Part shown: one piece after another, positions 1 to 10,241 of the stretch
How the letters are laid out: the number at the start of each line of letters is the position of its first letter
Numbering within the stretch: the first letter of the stretch is position 1
NCBI GenBank assembly: GCA_965208575.1
Contig: CBDBOV010000005.1
Span: forward strand, 544,001-608,000
Direction: 5' to 3'
Origin: Spirochaetia bacterium
GTDB taxonomy: Bacteria; Spirochaetota; Spirochaetia; SZUA-6; Bin103
Length of the DNA: 64,000 nucleotides
Program-made: the position numbers and the translations under genes
Notes under the pieces: generated by a model
Databases searched by the model: none
What the model was told of the DNA's origin: nothing
The model's input: the letters and a program-made list of their open reading frames with translations, nothing else

Positions 1-68
1 CATGGTTTGGTGTTGTGGGCGCGTAGGCCTATACCTGCCTCAGAGTCAATGATTTGGTACGCTTTCGG

Positions 69-158
69 AGTTCGCACCAGTTCGCACCAGTTCGCACCAG
101 TTCGCACCAGTTCGCACCAGTTCGCACCAGTTCGTACCAGTTCGTACCAGTTCGTACC
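69..158. repeat. 10-bp tandem repeat, 9 copies (6x AGTTCGCACC then 3x AGTTCGTACC)
   Basis: Read directly from the sequence; no spacers between units. Confidence 0.97.
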
Positions 159-569
159 CGAAGACCCTTGACTCCGGCGGCGCCGCCGTGGGATCGTTAG
201 ACCGGATTTTGCTTGGTGGTATATAGCCGTCGACACGAAGCAGAACTAAGGCGATGAGGTGACTCACCGCCTAAACCAGGAGTTGAAGTTGCGCACAATA
301 TGTTCGTTGTATCTGATCACGCTATGCGTATGGTCGCTATCTTCAGGCACGAATCAACCTGAGTCTTTCGACGTCTTACCCAGCACCGAGAATCGATCAG
401 TCGCCCTGACTCTTTTCGATACAAATGGTTCCGTACCGATGACTATTCATCGTCCAGAAGACGCGTCGACAGTCGGTCGTGACGCAGGCACCACGAAGAT
501 AATTGGCGGATAGCTCGATCTCAGGGTGTCGACGTTGAGCAATCATTCACTCGCTTCCCGTCCGATATC

Positions 570-1718
570 GTGTCGCTTCAAGTGTATGACGCTTTCGGAA
601 AACGATTGAATCAGGCGCCAAGCAACGACGAAACCGACACGATCTATGACTTCTTTTTCGAATTAGAACAGAGTCAGGCTACACCGATCGCATTGTTTTT
701 CTATGTTGACGCCAACATCGAGACTCAGACATACGACGGCGAGCTCATTGTTGACACGTTTGTCCCGAGCGTTACATGGATCGCAGGATCACACGTCAAG
801 GATAGTACGACCATCTTGAATGTAGCTATACCAACCGTCGGACAACTATACGCTATCGGTGGACGAGAGATTATAAAAAAGCAGCTTGCTTTGATGGAAT
901 CCGTTTTGGCGAAGAACGAATATGCATCGGGATTGCTCAACGAAATCGCGGCCCGTATCGACCCGATCCTGATCGGATACGAGCGTCGCGACAAGAGAAA
1001 GTGGCCCACTTTTGTCGATTGCGAAGGATGTCCTCAGATGGTAGTAGTACCATCGGGATCATTTAGCGCTACAGACTCACTTATCGGCAGCGTCAGCGAG
1101 TCTCTCGATAGTTTTGCGATAGGATCGCATGAGGTATCACTTGCGGAATTTGCTGAGTTCGTTCGCGAAACGCAGCACAGTACCAATGCTGATTGTTTTG
1201 GATTTGATGACCAGACCGAAGAGTGGGCGTACGTTTCGACTGCGAATTGGCGGGATCCCGGGTACCGTACTGTGGCCAGCGAGCCTGTAACCTGCATTAG
1301 CTGGGACGATGCCGTCGCGTACGTGGAATGGCTTTCGAGAAAAGCGCGTTTGAAGTATCGGCTTGTCAGCTTCATTGAGTCGATGTACGTGGCGGAGCGC
1401 TATCTGCGGGACGCTCCCCCTGAGACTACGATTGAGGGGCTTGTGAACGACAAAAAGAGACAGAGTTATGAGTGGGTAGTCTGTTCTCATGTTACAGAAA
1501 TTATCGATGACGGCACTGGCCAACGCGTTGCATGCGATGGAGCCGTAGGAATCGAAGTGATCATTCCCGGCACAACCGCCACCTGGATCCCCGGGGATAG
1601 TAGCGGGGCTAATCACGCGCAAGGATTTCGCATTTCTCGCGACTTAGTTCAGGCCGTCGGGGGAAACTGGATGGTGGTCCTGCGGGGGAATGAGACAGTT
1701 GAGCGTATGCGACGGTGA
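570..1718 (+). CDS. FGE-sulfatase (SUMF1/formylglycine-generating-enzyme-like) domain protein
   Basis: Typical motifs FVDCEGCPQMVVVPSGSF, FAIGSHEVS, PVTCISWDDAVAYVEWLS, GFRISRD. The frame is open back to 483, so the upstream ORF 259..513 (signal-peptide-like) may be its frameshifted N-terminus. Confidence 0.75.
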   Translation: MSLQVYDAFGKRLNQAPSNDETDTIYDFFFELEQSQATPIALFFYVDANIETQTYDGELIVDTFVPSVTWIAGSHVKDSTTILNVAIPTVGQLYAIGGREIIKKQLALMESVLAKNEYASGLLNEIAARIDPILIGYERRDKRKWPTFVDCEGCPQMVVVPSGSFSATDSLIGSVSESLDSFAIGSHEVSLAEFAEFVRETQHSTNADCFGFDDQTEEWAYVSTANWRDPGYRTVASEPVTCISWDDAVAYVEWLSRKARLKYRLVSFIESMYVAERYLRDAPPETTIEGLVNDKKRQSYEWVVCSHVTEIIDDGTGQRVACDGAVGIEVIIPGTTATWIPGDSSGANHAQGFRISRDLVQAVGGNWMVVLRGNETVERMRR

Positions 1719-1733
1719 TCGCCGAGCTTTCTC

Positions 1734-2501
1734 GTGACTAGAGGGCCACATGCCCACGTGGGCACACCGGTGGCTATAGGGTCTCTCATCTTGATGGTCG
1801 TGATCGCTGTAGCAGTTGTTTTGGTTAAGGGAAGAACACCAGATAGAGACCTATTTGTTCTAATGGGCATTCCGACGATTCTATATGTAGTTTACTTCGC
1901 CTTTCCGCGGGTTCGAAGGTGGCATGGACGGGTTCACTACTTGGCGATTTGCGCGGCTTTGTTGTGCGGAATAGCCGTCCTGATTTTCGACTATGATGAA
2001 ATTCCGATAGTCGGGTGGATGGGATTCTCCACATTAACACTGATAAGCACAGTAGCGTTCTTCATCTATTTTATACCACTATCGTGGTTGCGCTCTGATA
2101 GCGACCGGTCAGCTGCGTCTGATTTGGCAGAACAACTGCAATCGAGAATCGTGTCAATAAGGGAGCAGTTTGATGGATTTTACAGTTCGATAGCCCAGGA
2201 TGGAAAACGGTTGGATAACATCTTGTTGAGAGTCAGGCAGGAGATGGAGGACCATACGAAGGAATTGCGAGAAGCAGAGAGTGAGTTGACGAGGAATCGG
2301 GCACTAAGCTCCGTGTACAGAAGGTTGGCTGAGATGGCTAGAGATGACGCAGAAGAGATCATATCGGCTATCCAAGGGACAAGCCACATTCGTCAGTATC
2401 TCGTGACATTTTCTATTGGCGTCGCGAGCGGGCTTGTGGTAAGATCGATTCCTAAGGTCGCGTTCATTAGCAATACTATAGCGCTTCTGTCAGGAGGCTA
2501 A
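1734..2501 (+). CDS. Hypothetical membrane protein (about 4 N-terminal TM helices, coiled coil, C-terminal hydrophobic segment)
   Basis: 255-aa ORF 15 bp downstream of the previous gene; hydrophobic stretches followed by a heptad-like charged helix. Confidence 0.65.
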   Translation: MTRGPHAHVGTPVAIGSLILMVVIAVAVVLVKGRTPDRDLFVLMGIPTILYVVYFAFPRVRRWHGRVHYLAICAALLCGIAVLIFDYDEIPIVGWMGFSTLTLISTVAFFIYFIPLSWLRSDSDRSAASDLAEQLQSRIVSIREQFDGFYSSIAQDGKRLDNILLRVRQEMEDHTKELREAESELTRNRALSSVYRRLAEMARDDAEEIISAIQGTSHIRQYLVTFSIGVASGLVVRSIPKVAFISNTIALLSGG

Positions 2502-2911
2502 GCAGATAAGATCAAAGCTCATTGCAGGTTCTATTCCGCGGTCAGCACAGACTGCCCCCGGGTAGGGAACTCGTGTGCATGGTCTACCCTACAGAGTTGC
2601 GCGGCCGACCGAGCGCGACTCCGAATCGCTGGTAATACTCGCCGGGTGGTGGCTTCAGCACGATCGTGTTCCTGCCGGTCTTCGCCACTATTCCGGCCTG
2701 AATTATCCACTCCTACAGGAAGCGTTTAGAGCGCATCGCCGCGCCATCCGTAACCCCAATAGGTTCAGCTTCAATGTCGTCAGGTTCCAGGCCAGACCGG
2801 CGATCACACAGTACGCCGGATTCGCCGCGAGGGAGCCGGTCGGTACATGCGCGTCTAACGTACCGTTCCGTATGTGTCCTGACCTGGCACACCGAACAGT
2901 CGATTGCCCTG

Positions 2912-3822
2912 GCTGCACCCCGGCCTCTTCCACGGCACTCCTTCGGCTCACAAGCCGCAGGCACAGGAACGGTTCGAGCAGAACCGCTTCACCGTCACCC
3001 GCCAGCTTCGCTACAGCGGGGACGTGGCGCAGCGGGCGCTGGACGTCGGGCTGTTGATCAATGGGCTGCCGGTGCTCACGTTCGAGATGAAGAACACCTC
3101 ACCAAGCAGACGGTGGACGACACTTGTCCTGCAGTACCAGCAGGATCGCAACCCGCGCGAGAAGCTCTATTCCAGTTCGGACGCTGCATCGCGCACTTGC
3201 TGTAGACGAAGCGGGAGGTGCAATTCTGCATTCGCCTCGCCGGCAAGGCGTCGTGGTTCCTGCCGTTCAACCGGGGCTGGAACGACGGTGCGGGCAACCC
3301 GTCCAACCCGGACGGACTGGCGATCGACTGCCGGTGGCGGGAGGTGCTGACCCGGCGGAGCCTCACCGACATCCTGGAGAACTACGCCAAGGTGGTGGAG
3401 GCAAAGGACGAGAAGAGCGGCAGGAGGCAGCCGAAGCAGATCTGGCCGCGCTATCACCAGTTCGACGTCGTGCGCCGGCTGCCGGCCGACGCCGGCGAGT
3501 ACGGCGTGGGCAAGTGCTACCTGATCCGGCACTCGGCGGGCTGCGACAAGAGCAACTCCATCGCCTGGCTGGGCCCATCAACTGATCGGGCTGACCAGGG
3601 ACGACGCGCCGGTCTCGACTCGATCATCGTGGTTAGCGACTGGGTGGACCGTCAGATCCGGGACATGATCAGGCAGTACGCGCAGGTGGGGGCGACCGTC
3701 GGGCATGCCGACCGCTCGGGCGATCTGCCCCGGTCCATCGAGAGCGCCAAGACGATCATCATCTCCACGGTCCAGAAGTTTCCGTTCATCCTGGACGAGA
3801 TCGGAAATGAGCAGCGCGGGCG
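2912..3822 (+). pseudogene. hsdR: Degenerate internal fragment of type I restriction subunit R (paralog of 7301..8215)
   Basis: Aligns by eye with 7301..8215; several frameshifts; Walker A GSGKS decayed to GCDKS; homology ends abruptly after GNEQRGR. Confidence 0.9.
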
Positions 3823-3988
3823 GGAGATTGACATCGATGCGAACACCTTTTATGTTGGAGCGCCAAATCCGCAATCGACTATCAGCGAGAATATCCTAAG
3901 AGTCGAAGGCCGGTCCGTGCTCAGGACGTAACACCAAGTCCTATGGGGGAAGCGAGGAACATGACTGCTAACACGTCGGGGGACGACG

Positions 3989-6004
3989 ATGAGACTCACG
4001 CATGTGCGAGTGCAGAACTATCGCTGTGTCCGTGACACAGGGTTGTTCGAGGTCGACCCGGCGAAGACGATTCTGGTAGGGCCGAACGAGGCCGGCAAGA
4101 CTGCGGTTCTTGAGGCTCTCCAGCAGATCAACCCACCCGCTGAAGTGAAGGGATTCGACCCTCTGCGCGACTACCCGCGCAAACTCTACAACGCCGACAT
4201 CCAATCGCAGAAGCGAGATCCCAGCGAGATTCCAATCGCGTCCGCTCAGTTCGCGCTTGAGCCCGACGATCTCGCCGTACTCCCGGACGGATTTGCTGCC
4301 ACGGGGTACCGATGTACCCGATTCCTCAACAACAAGCTAACGCACTGGCTCGAAGGCGGGCCGGAGGTTGTTGTGTTCAGCGAGGAGATTCGGAAGGATC
4401 TGATGCGTCTCGCCGCCCACGTCGACAGCCGTGGCGATGAAGACGGCGAGGCGGGGCTCGCCGTGGGCCTCGAAGAGATCATTACCGACTGGCACGTTGG
4501 GACGACCAAGATCGCCTGTGACCGCGCCGCTGAGCTGCGGCAGTGGCTCGACTCGATCTTGGAGTTCGTCGACGAGAACGATGCGACCCAGGATCAACGC
4601 CACACTCGCCTCCTTCAGTACACGCGGATAACGGAAGAGCGCGACGCCGCCCTCAAGAAGCTCAACAGTCGGATGCCGGTGTTCGTGTACTTCAGTAACT
4701 ATTTTCGCGTTCGTCCCAATCTCCACCTGCGCCGCTTCGCCGATCGCGTCGAGCAGGAGCTCCTTGACGATGACCGCTATGACTATGGCAACCTCTGCCT
4801 GCTCAAACTCCTCGGCTTCGACGCCCGGAGGCTGGCGGACCTCGGAAACGCTCCTGATCCGGGAGACGATGAAGAGGCATTCGACGGCTACCGCAGCCCG
4901 CTCGACGAGCGCGCCATCAAGCTCAACGCTGCCAGCGTTCGCCTAACCGGAGAAATCCGATCAATCTGGAACCCGGACCCTACTCGCGCTGAAGCCGATA
5001 CCGTGCTGATACAAGCCGACGGCCAGTACCTCAAGGTAGTGGTCCAGGACGAACTTGGCGTTCAGATCGAGGTAGACCAGCGCTCCGCAGGGTTTCAGTG
5101 GCTTGTGTCGTTCTTCGTTGTCTTCTTCGCCGAAGCCGAAGACGCTTACACCAATGCCATTCTGCTGCTCGACGAGCCGGGGCTGAGTCTCCATGGCCTC
5201 AAGCAGCGTGAATTCCGCCAGACCCTCTCACGCCTTGCCGAAGGCAACCAGACGATCTACACGACACACTCTCCCTTCTTGGTCGGACCCGAGGAATTGG
5301 ACTTGGTGCGCGTGGTGGAGATGACCGACCGCGACGACGGCACCAAGGTGCATACAAGCGTCACTGCAACCGATCCGGCCGCACTCCTGCCCCTACAGGA
5401 AGCGCTTGGGTACGATCTCGCTCAGAGTCTGTTCGCGCAGCAACGTAACTTGGTTCTGGAGGGCCTGACGGACTTCTGGTATTTCGAGGCGACCGCGCAA
5501 CTGCTACGCGACGCCGACCTAGCCAACCTCAACCAGAAGATCGCTCTGCTCCCTGCGAACACTGCCAGTAAAGTCGTGTACTTCGCCACCATCCTTCATG
5601 CGAACAATCTCAAGGTGGCCGCCCTGTTGGATTCCGACAACGCCGGGGATCAGGCTGCCAAACAGGAGACACTCATGCACACTCTCGGGAACAAGAACAT
5701 TCTCCGGACCCGTGATGTTTGCTCCGGCGCGATTACCAAGTCTGAAATCGAAGATCTGCTGCGCACCACTCTCGTTGGCATCGCTCAGTCGGAGCTTGGT
5801 TGGGACGCCATGGAAGTGTCCTCCAAGCAGCCACGCCGACCGATTGTCGACATCTTTACGGATGAGATAGACCATTTTTCCAAGTACCGACTCGCTAAGG
5901 CCTACCTGCGTTGGACCCGCGATCACAGCGCTGCTGATCTCACCGAAGACGAACGGAAATCATGGGTGGAACTCATCAAGCTAGTGAATCGAGCGCTTAA
6001 GTAG
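3989..6004 (+). CDS. OLD-family-like ATP-dependent nuclease (ABC/AAA ATPase + TOPRIM)
   Basis: Walker A GPNEAGKT, signature RSAGFQW, Walker B LLLDEP, H-loop TTHSP; TOPRIM LVLEGLTD and LLDSD. Confidence 0.85.
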   Translation: MRLTHVRVQNYRCVRDTGLFEVDPAKTILVGPNEAGKTAVLEALQQINPPAEVKGFDPLRDYPRKLYNADIQSQKRDPSEIPIASAQFALEPDDLAVLPDGFAATGYRCTRFLNNKLTHWLEGGPEVVVFSEEIRKDLMRLAAHVDSRGDEDGEAGLAVGLEEIITDWHVGTTKIACDRAAELRQWLDSILEFVDENDATQDQRHTRLLQYTRITEERDAALKKLNSRMPVFVYFSNYFRVRPNLHLRRFADRVEQELLDDDRYDYGNLCLLKLLGFDARRLADLGNAPDPGDDEEAFDGYRSPLDERAIKLNAASVRLTGEIRSIWNPDPTRAEADTVLIQADGQYLKVVVQDELGVQIEVDQRSAGFQWLVSFFVVFFAEAEDAYTNAILLLDEPGLSLHGLKQREFRQTLSRLAEGNQTIYTTHSPFLVGPEELDLVRVVEMTDRDDGTKVHTSVTATDPAALLPLQEALGYDLAQSLFAQQRNLVLEGLTDFWYFEATAQLLRDADLANLNQKIALLPANTASKVVYFATILHANNLKVAALLDSDNAGDQAAKQETLMHTLGNKNILRTRDVCSGAITKSEIEDLLRTTLVGIAQSELGWDAMEVSSKQPRRPIVDIFTDEIDHFSKYRLAKAYLRWTRDHSAADLTEDERKSWVELIKLVNRALK

Positions 6005-6283
6005 GTAGAGTCAGTGAGCAACACTCGACAGTACGGAGTATATAGAAGGAAAGGGCCTGCAATTGCGCTCCTGGCAAGGCGGACACTCGGCGCTGGGCGC
6101 TTTCTCAGGCGAGCACGCGCCGGGGGCGAAGAAGAAGAGGTGACCGAGGCGTCACTGAACAGCGTGCCCGCTAAGCAGATCCGCGCGAGGTTCCACGAGA
6201 TTCCTAACGGTTCTTGGCTTTACATGGGCTACGGCGCCCGTTTGCTGCAGGTCCAGGACATGGACGAGACGGACGGACAGACT

Positions 6284-6411
6284 CTCACCGATGTTGTCGC
6301 GGGCAAGCTCAATGTAGCGAAGGCGGCGCTAACTGTCACGAATACGACGTCGCCGTGGGCGCCGAGGAACCGACTGACGAGCGTGCAATCGAACAGGAGA
6401 TAACCGTATGA
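6284..6411 (+). pseudogene. Probable 3' remnant of type I specificity subunit S
   Basis: LTDVVAGKLNVAKAA resembles the HsdS C-terminal (L)IxDVVTGKLDV motif; an acidic tail in another frame ends overlapping the next ATG; lies upstream of hsdR. Confidence 0.5.
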
Positions 6412-6635
6412 TGGACTGGAGCAACTGCCCGGCGGTGGAACGTAAGCCGGGCAAGATCAGCGGGGCTTGGGCATTCACAGGAACACGGGTACCGGTGTAC
6501 GCGTTGTTCGAGAATCTCGCCGGCGGTGCCACGATCGACGAATTCGTGGAGTGGTTTCCAGGCGTCGAAAAGCAACAGGTGCGTGCAGTACTGGAACATG
6601 AAGCACGGGCGCTGAGAAAGGCGCTGGCCCCTTGA
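6408..6635 (+). CDS. DUF433-family antitoxin
   Basis: DWSNCPAVER..GKISGAWAFTGTRVPV..LFENL..GATIDEFVEWFPGV; AGGAGA SD upstream; overlaps the next gene. Confidence 0.9.
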   Translation: MMDWSNCPAVERKPGKISGAWAFTGTRVPVYALFENLAGGATIDEFVEWFPGVEKQQVRAVLEHEARALRKALAP

Positions 6636-6952
6636 AGCTATTGTTCGATCAGGGCACGCCGGCTCCATTGCGGGTGCACCTTCCGGGGCATTCGGCGGAG
6701 ACGTTGGCCGAAAGGGGCTGGTCGGACAAGGACAACGGCGAGTTGCTTGATCTGGCGGAGCGAGAGGGCTACAGGGTTCTCGTGACGACGGATCAGAGTC
6801 TTCGCTACCAGCAGAACATGGCCGGGAGGCGAATCGGCCTTGTCGTTCTTCTTTCCACGGATTGGCGCGAGGTTCGCCTTCGGACAAGGGAAATCGGCGA
6901 GGCGATTGCGGCCGCGGGGTCCGGTGGGGTCATCGAAGTGCCCATTCGGTGA
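6632..6952 (+). CDS. DUF5615 / PIN-like toxin
   Basis: KLLFDQGTP..GW..NGELLDLAE..VLVTTDQSLRYQQN; TTGA overlap with the DUF433 gene. Confidence 0.88.
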   Translation: MKLLFDQGTPAPLRVHLPGHSAETLAERGWSDKDNGELLDLAEREGYRVLVTTDQSLRYQQNMAGRRIGLVVLLSTDWREVRLRTREIGEAIAAAGSGGVIEVPIR

Positions 6953-9900
6953 AGTGATATGGCTACGGATACCACGGAACGGGCGCTGGAACGGCTGATC
7001 TGCACGGCGCTGGCGGGACATCCGTGCGATCCGCCGTCTGAGGGCGCCGTCGCGGATCCGCCAGCCGGGTACGGCGGGGTGGGGTGGACTGGCGGTAGTT
7101 TTCCACGACTACGACCGCGAGTACTGCGTCGACTTGGTGCAGCTCGCGGCATTCCTGCGTGACACCCAGCCCGAGGTCGCCGATGCGTTGGCGCTGTCCG
7201 AGGACGGTCCGACGCGGCGCGGGTTCCTGACTCGGCTGCAGGGGGAGATTGCCAAGCGCGGGACCATCGACGTGCTGCGCAACGGGATCAAACACGGACC
7301 GCTGCACCTGGATCTGTTCTATGGCACGCCGTCGGAGCACAACGCCGAGGCGCAGGAACGGTTCGCGCAGAACCGGTTCACGGTTACGCGGCAGCTTCGC
7401 TACAGCAGGGACGAGGCGCAGCGGGCGCTCGACATTGGGCTGTTCATCAACGGGCTGCCGGTGTTCACGTTCGAGTTGAAGAACAGCCTTACCAAACAGA
7501 CGGCGGACGACGCGGTGTTGCAGTACCAGCAGGATCGCAATCCGCGCGAGAGGCTGTTCGAGTTCGGGCGCTGCATCGCGCACTTCGCGGTGGACGAGCG
7601 CGAGGTGCAGTTCTGCACCCATCTCAAGGGCAAGGGGTCGTGGTTCCTGCCGTTCAACCGTGGTTGGAACGACGGCGCGGGCAACCCGCCGAACCCGCAC
7701 GGGCTGGCGATCGACTACCTGTGGCGCGAGGTGCTTCCGCGGGAGAGCCTGACCAACATCCTCGAGAACTATGCCCAGGTGGTGGAGGAGAAGGACGAGA
7801 AGACCGGCAGGAAGCGGCGGGCGCAGGTCTGGCCGCGCTACCATCAACTCGACGTGGTGCGCCGTCTGCTGGCCGACGCCGAAGCTCACAGGGTGGGGCG
7901 GCGTTACCTTATCCAGCACTCGGCGGGCAGCGGCAAGAGCAACTCCATCGCCTGGCTGGCGCACCAACTCATCGGACTGACCAGGGACGGCGCGCCGGTG
8001 TTCGACTCGATCATCGTGGTGACCGACCGGCGCATCCTCGATCGGCAGATCCGCGACACCATCCGACAGTATGCCCAGGTGTCGGCGACGGTCGGGCACG
8101 CCGACCGATCGGGCGATCTGCGGCGGTTCATTGAGAGTGGCAAGAAGATCATCATCTCCACGGTGCAGAAGTTCCCGTTCATCCTCGACGAGATCGGCAA
8201 CGAGCAGCGCGGGCGCAGCTTCGCGATCATCATCGACGAGGCGCACTCCAGCCAGGGCGGCCGTACCAGCGCGGCGATGGCGCAAGCGCTGTCGGTGGCC
8301 GGCGAGGTGGACGAGGAGGAGACCTACGAGGACCAGATCAACCGCCTGATGGAGTCGCGCAAGCTGCTGCCCAACGCAAGCTATTTCGCGTTTACCGCCA
8401 CGCCCAAGAACAAGACGCTGGAGATCTTCGGCACCCCGGACCCGCAGCCGGACGGCACAGTGCGGCACAACGCCTTCCACAGCTACACCATGAAGCAGGC
8501 GATCCAGGAGAAGTTCATCCTCGACGTGCTCGCCCGCTACACGCCGGTGGCCAGCTACTACCGGCTGGCCAAGACGGTGGAGGATGACCCGGAGTTCGAC
8601 GTCAAGAAGGCGCAGACGAACTGCGCCGGTTCGTGGAGAGCAGCGACCACGCGATCCGCCTCAAGGCCGAGATCATGGTCGACCACTTCCACGACCAGGT
8701 GCTCGCGCAGGGCAAGATCGGCGGCGCGGCGCGGGCGATGGTGGTGACCAACGGCATCGAGCGCGCCATCCAGTACTACCACGCCATCAGCGACTACCTG
8801 GCCGAGCGCAAGAGCCGCTACCAGGCTCTGGTCGCCTTCTCCGGCGAGCACGAGTACGGCGGCGTGAAGCTGAGCGAGGCGTCGTTGAATGGCCTGCGGT
8901 CGGCGCAGATCGCCGACCGCTTCCAGGATGCGTATTCCGGTGAAAAAAGCCACCCATTCCGGAAATAAAAAGCCACCGGGGAGTGGTCCGATCCTGAGAC
9001 GGCGAGTATAGCGGGGTGGCTTTTTTGAATCAATCTGACGGAGTGCGCGAAGGGAGTTCGGAGCGGTAACGAAGTTCCGGCCAGAGTGTCCGCGGGTGGC
9101 CTGTCGAGAGGAGGCCTGGCAGACCACGGTGGCGGAGGGAACCGCATCGACGGTGCCCCGGAACGGTGTGTGAGCGCCGCGTGATAGGGCGGAGAGTGCC
9201 CACGTCGCCGATGGAGCGCCGACGCGGCGGTGCGCCCGCCGCCGCTGCTGCCGCGACCTCGACCGGGTGGTCCGGCGGCCGGCAGCGGCAGTTGGCTGGG
9301 AACAGCAGTGCGACGGATTGCCCGTGGGTGCCTCGATGCGGCCATGCGCATGGCGGAGCGGTGGAACGCGCGGAGCCCGCGGCGCTGAGAAAGCGGTGAC
9401 TGCGGTCACGATACGGATTTTCCGGGGGATGCCTGAGGAACTCTCGCAGGTTGGAGGGCCGGCAGAGAGGCCGACTCTGACGCGAGCGGCCCCGCTGACA
9501 GCCAGGCGACTGGCCTGACACCCGTGGAGGGGCCGGAATGCCGGCGAGCACCGTCGCGACGGGTGCTCATGGTGCGCGCCGCGTGGTCGGGCTCGATGAC
9601 TGAGCGCGAACTCGCCGGCAAGTAACCCGGCGGTTGAAAGCGAACCGCACCCCGGCGCAGGGTGGGCGACCGAGCGGTGGGCCGTGCGCATGGAGTTCGG
9701 CACCCGCGGCGCGGACCGGCAGGACGAAGCCAACCGCAAGAGCCGCCGCAATCAGTAGGGCGCGCACCCGAGCAACCGTGGCGGGGGGCTGATAGACGGG
9801 CCGCCGGGCCGTGGTACATCGGCAGCAGGGGTGTCGTCTTCACCGTTTGCGTGTGTGCGGCGGTCGGAGTGGCCATCGGCATCATCGGCACCGTATCCAT

Positions 9901-10241
9901 GTGCATGGAGCGGCTGACCGTATCGACCGCGGGCGTCTCGACATACGCTCCGCGCCTTCGCCATCGCGACCTCCGAGAAGCTGACCACCGGCGCATCGTT
10001 ATTCACTCCGACCGTATATCCGTCCTGATTCCGGGGGTCTCCAAGTACCACCGTCCGCCCGGCGGCGCGTCCTGCGCCGCCGGGTGGCCGGTTTCCGGGC
10101 GGTATGCACCCGATATGCACCCAATATGCAGCGTGGTTGAGATGGCAGGGCAAAGAGCCCGCCCGGGTAGCGCACCGACCGCCGCTGACGCGCGGCGGCA
10201 GCAACGCTCCCGCCGCGGTCGTGGCGCCGGGGGTGGCGGCG

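Noticed and set aside
69-158. CRISPR array
   Set aside because: Units are 10 bp, contiguous and have no spacers; no cas genes in the window.
3989-6004. Gabija or retron system
   Set aside because: No adjacent UvrD-like helicase or reverse transcriptase gene.
6014-6403. 129-aa ORF as a real gene
   Set aside because: No coherent family signal; better explained as junction DNA plus an hsdS remnant.
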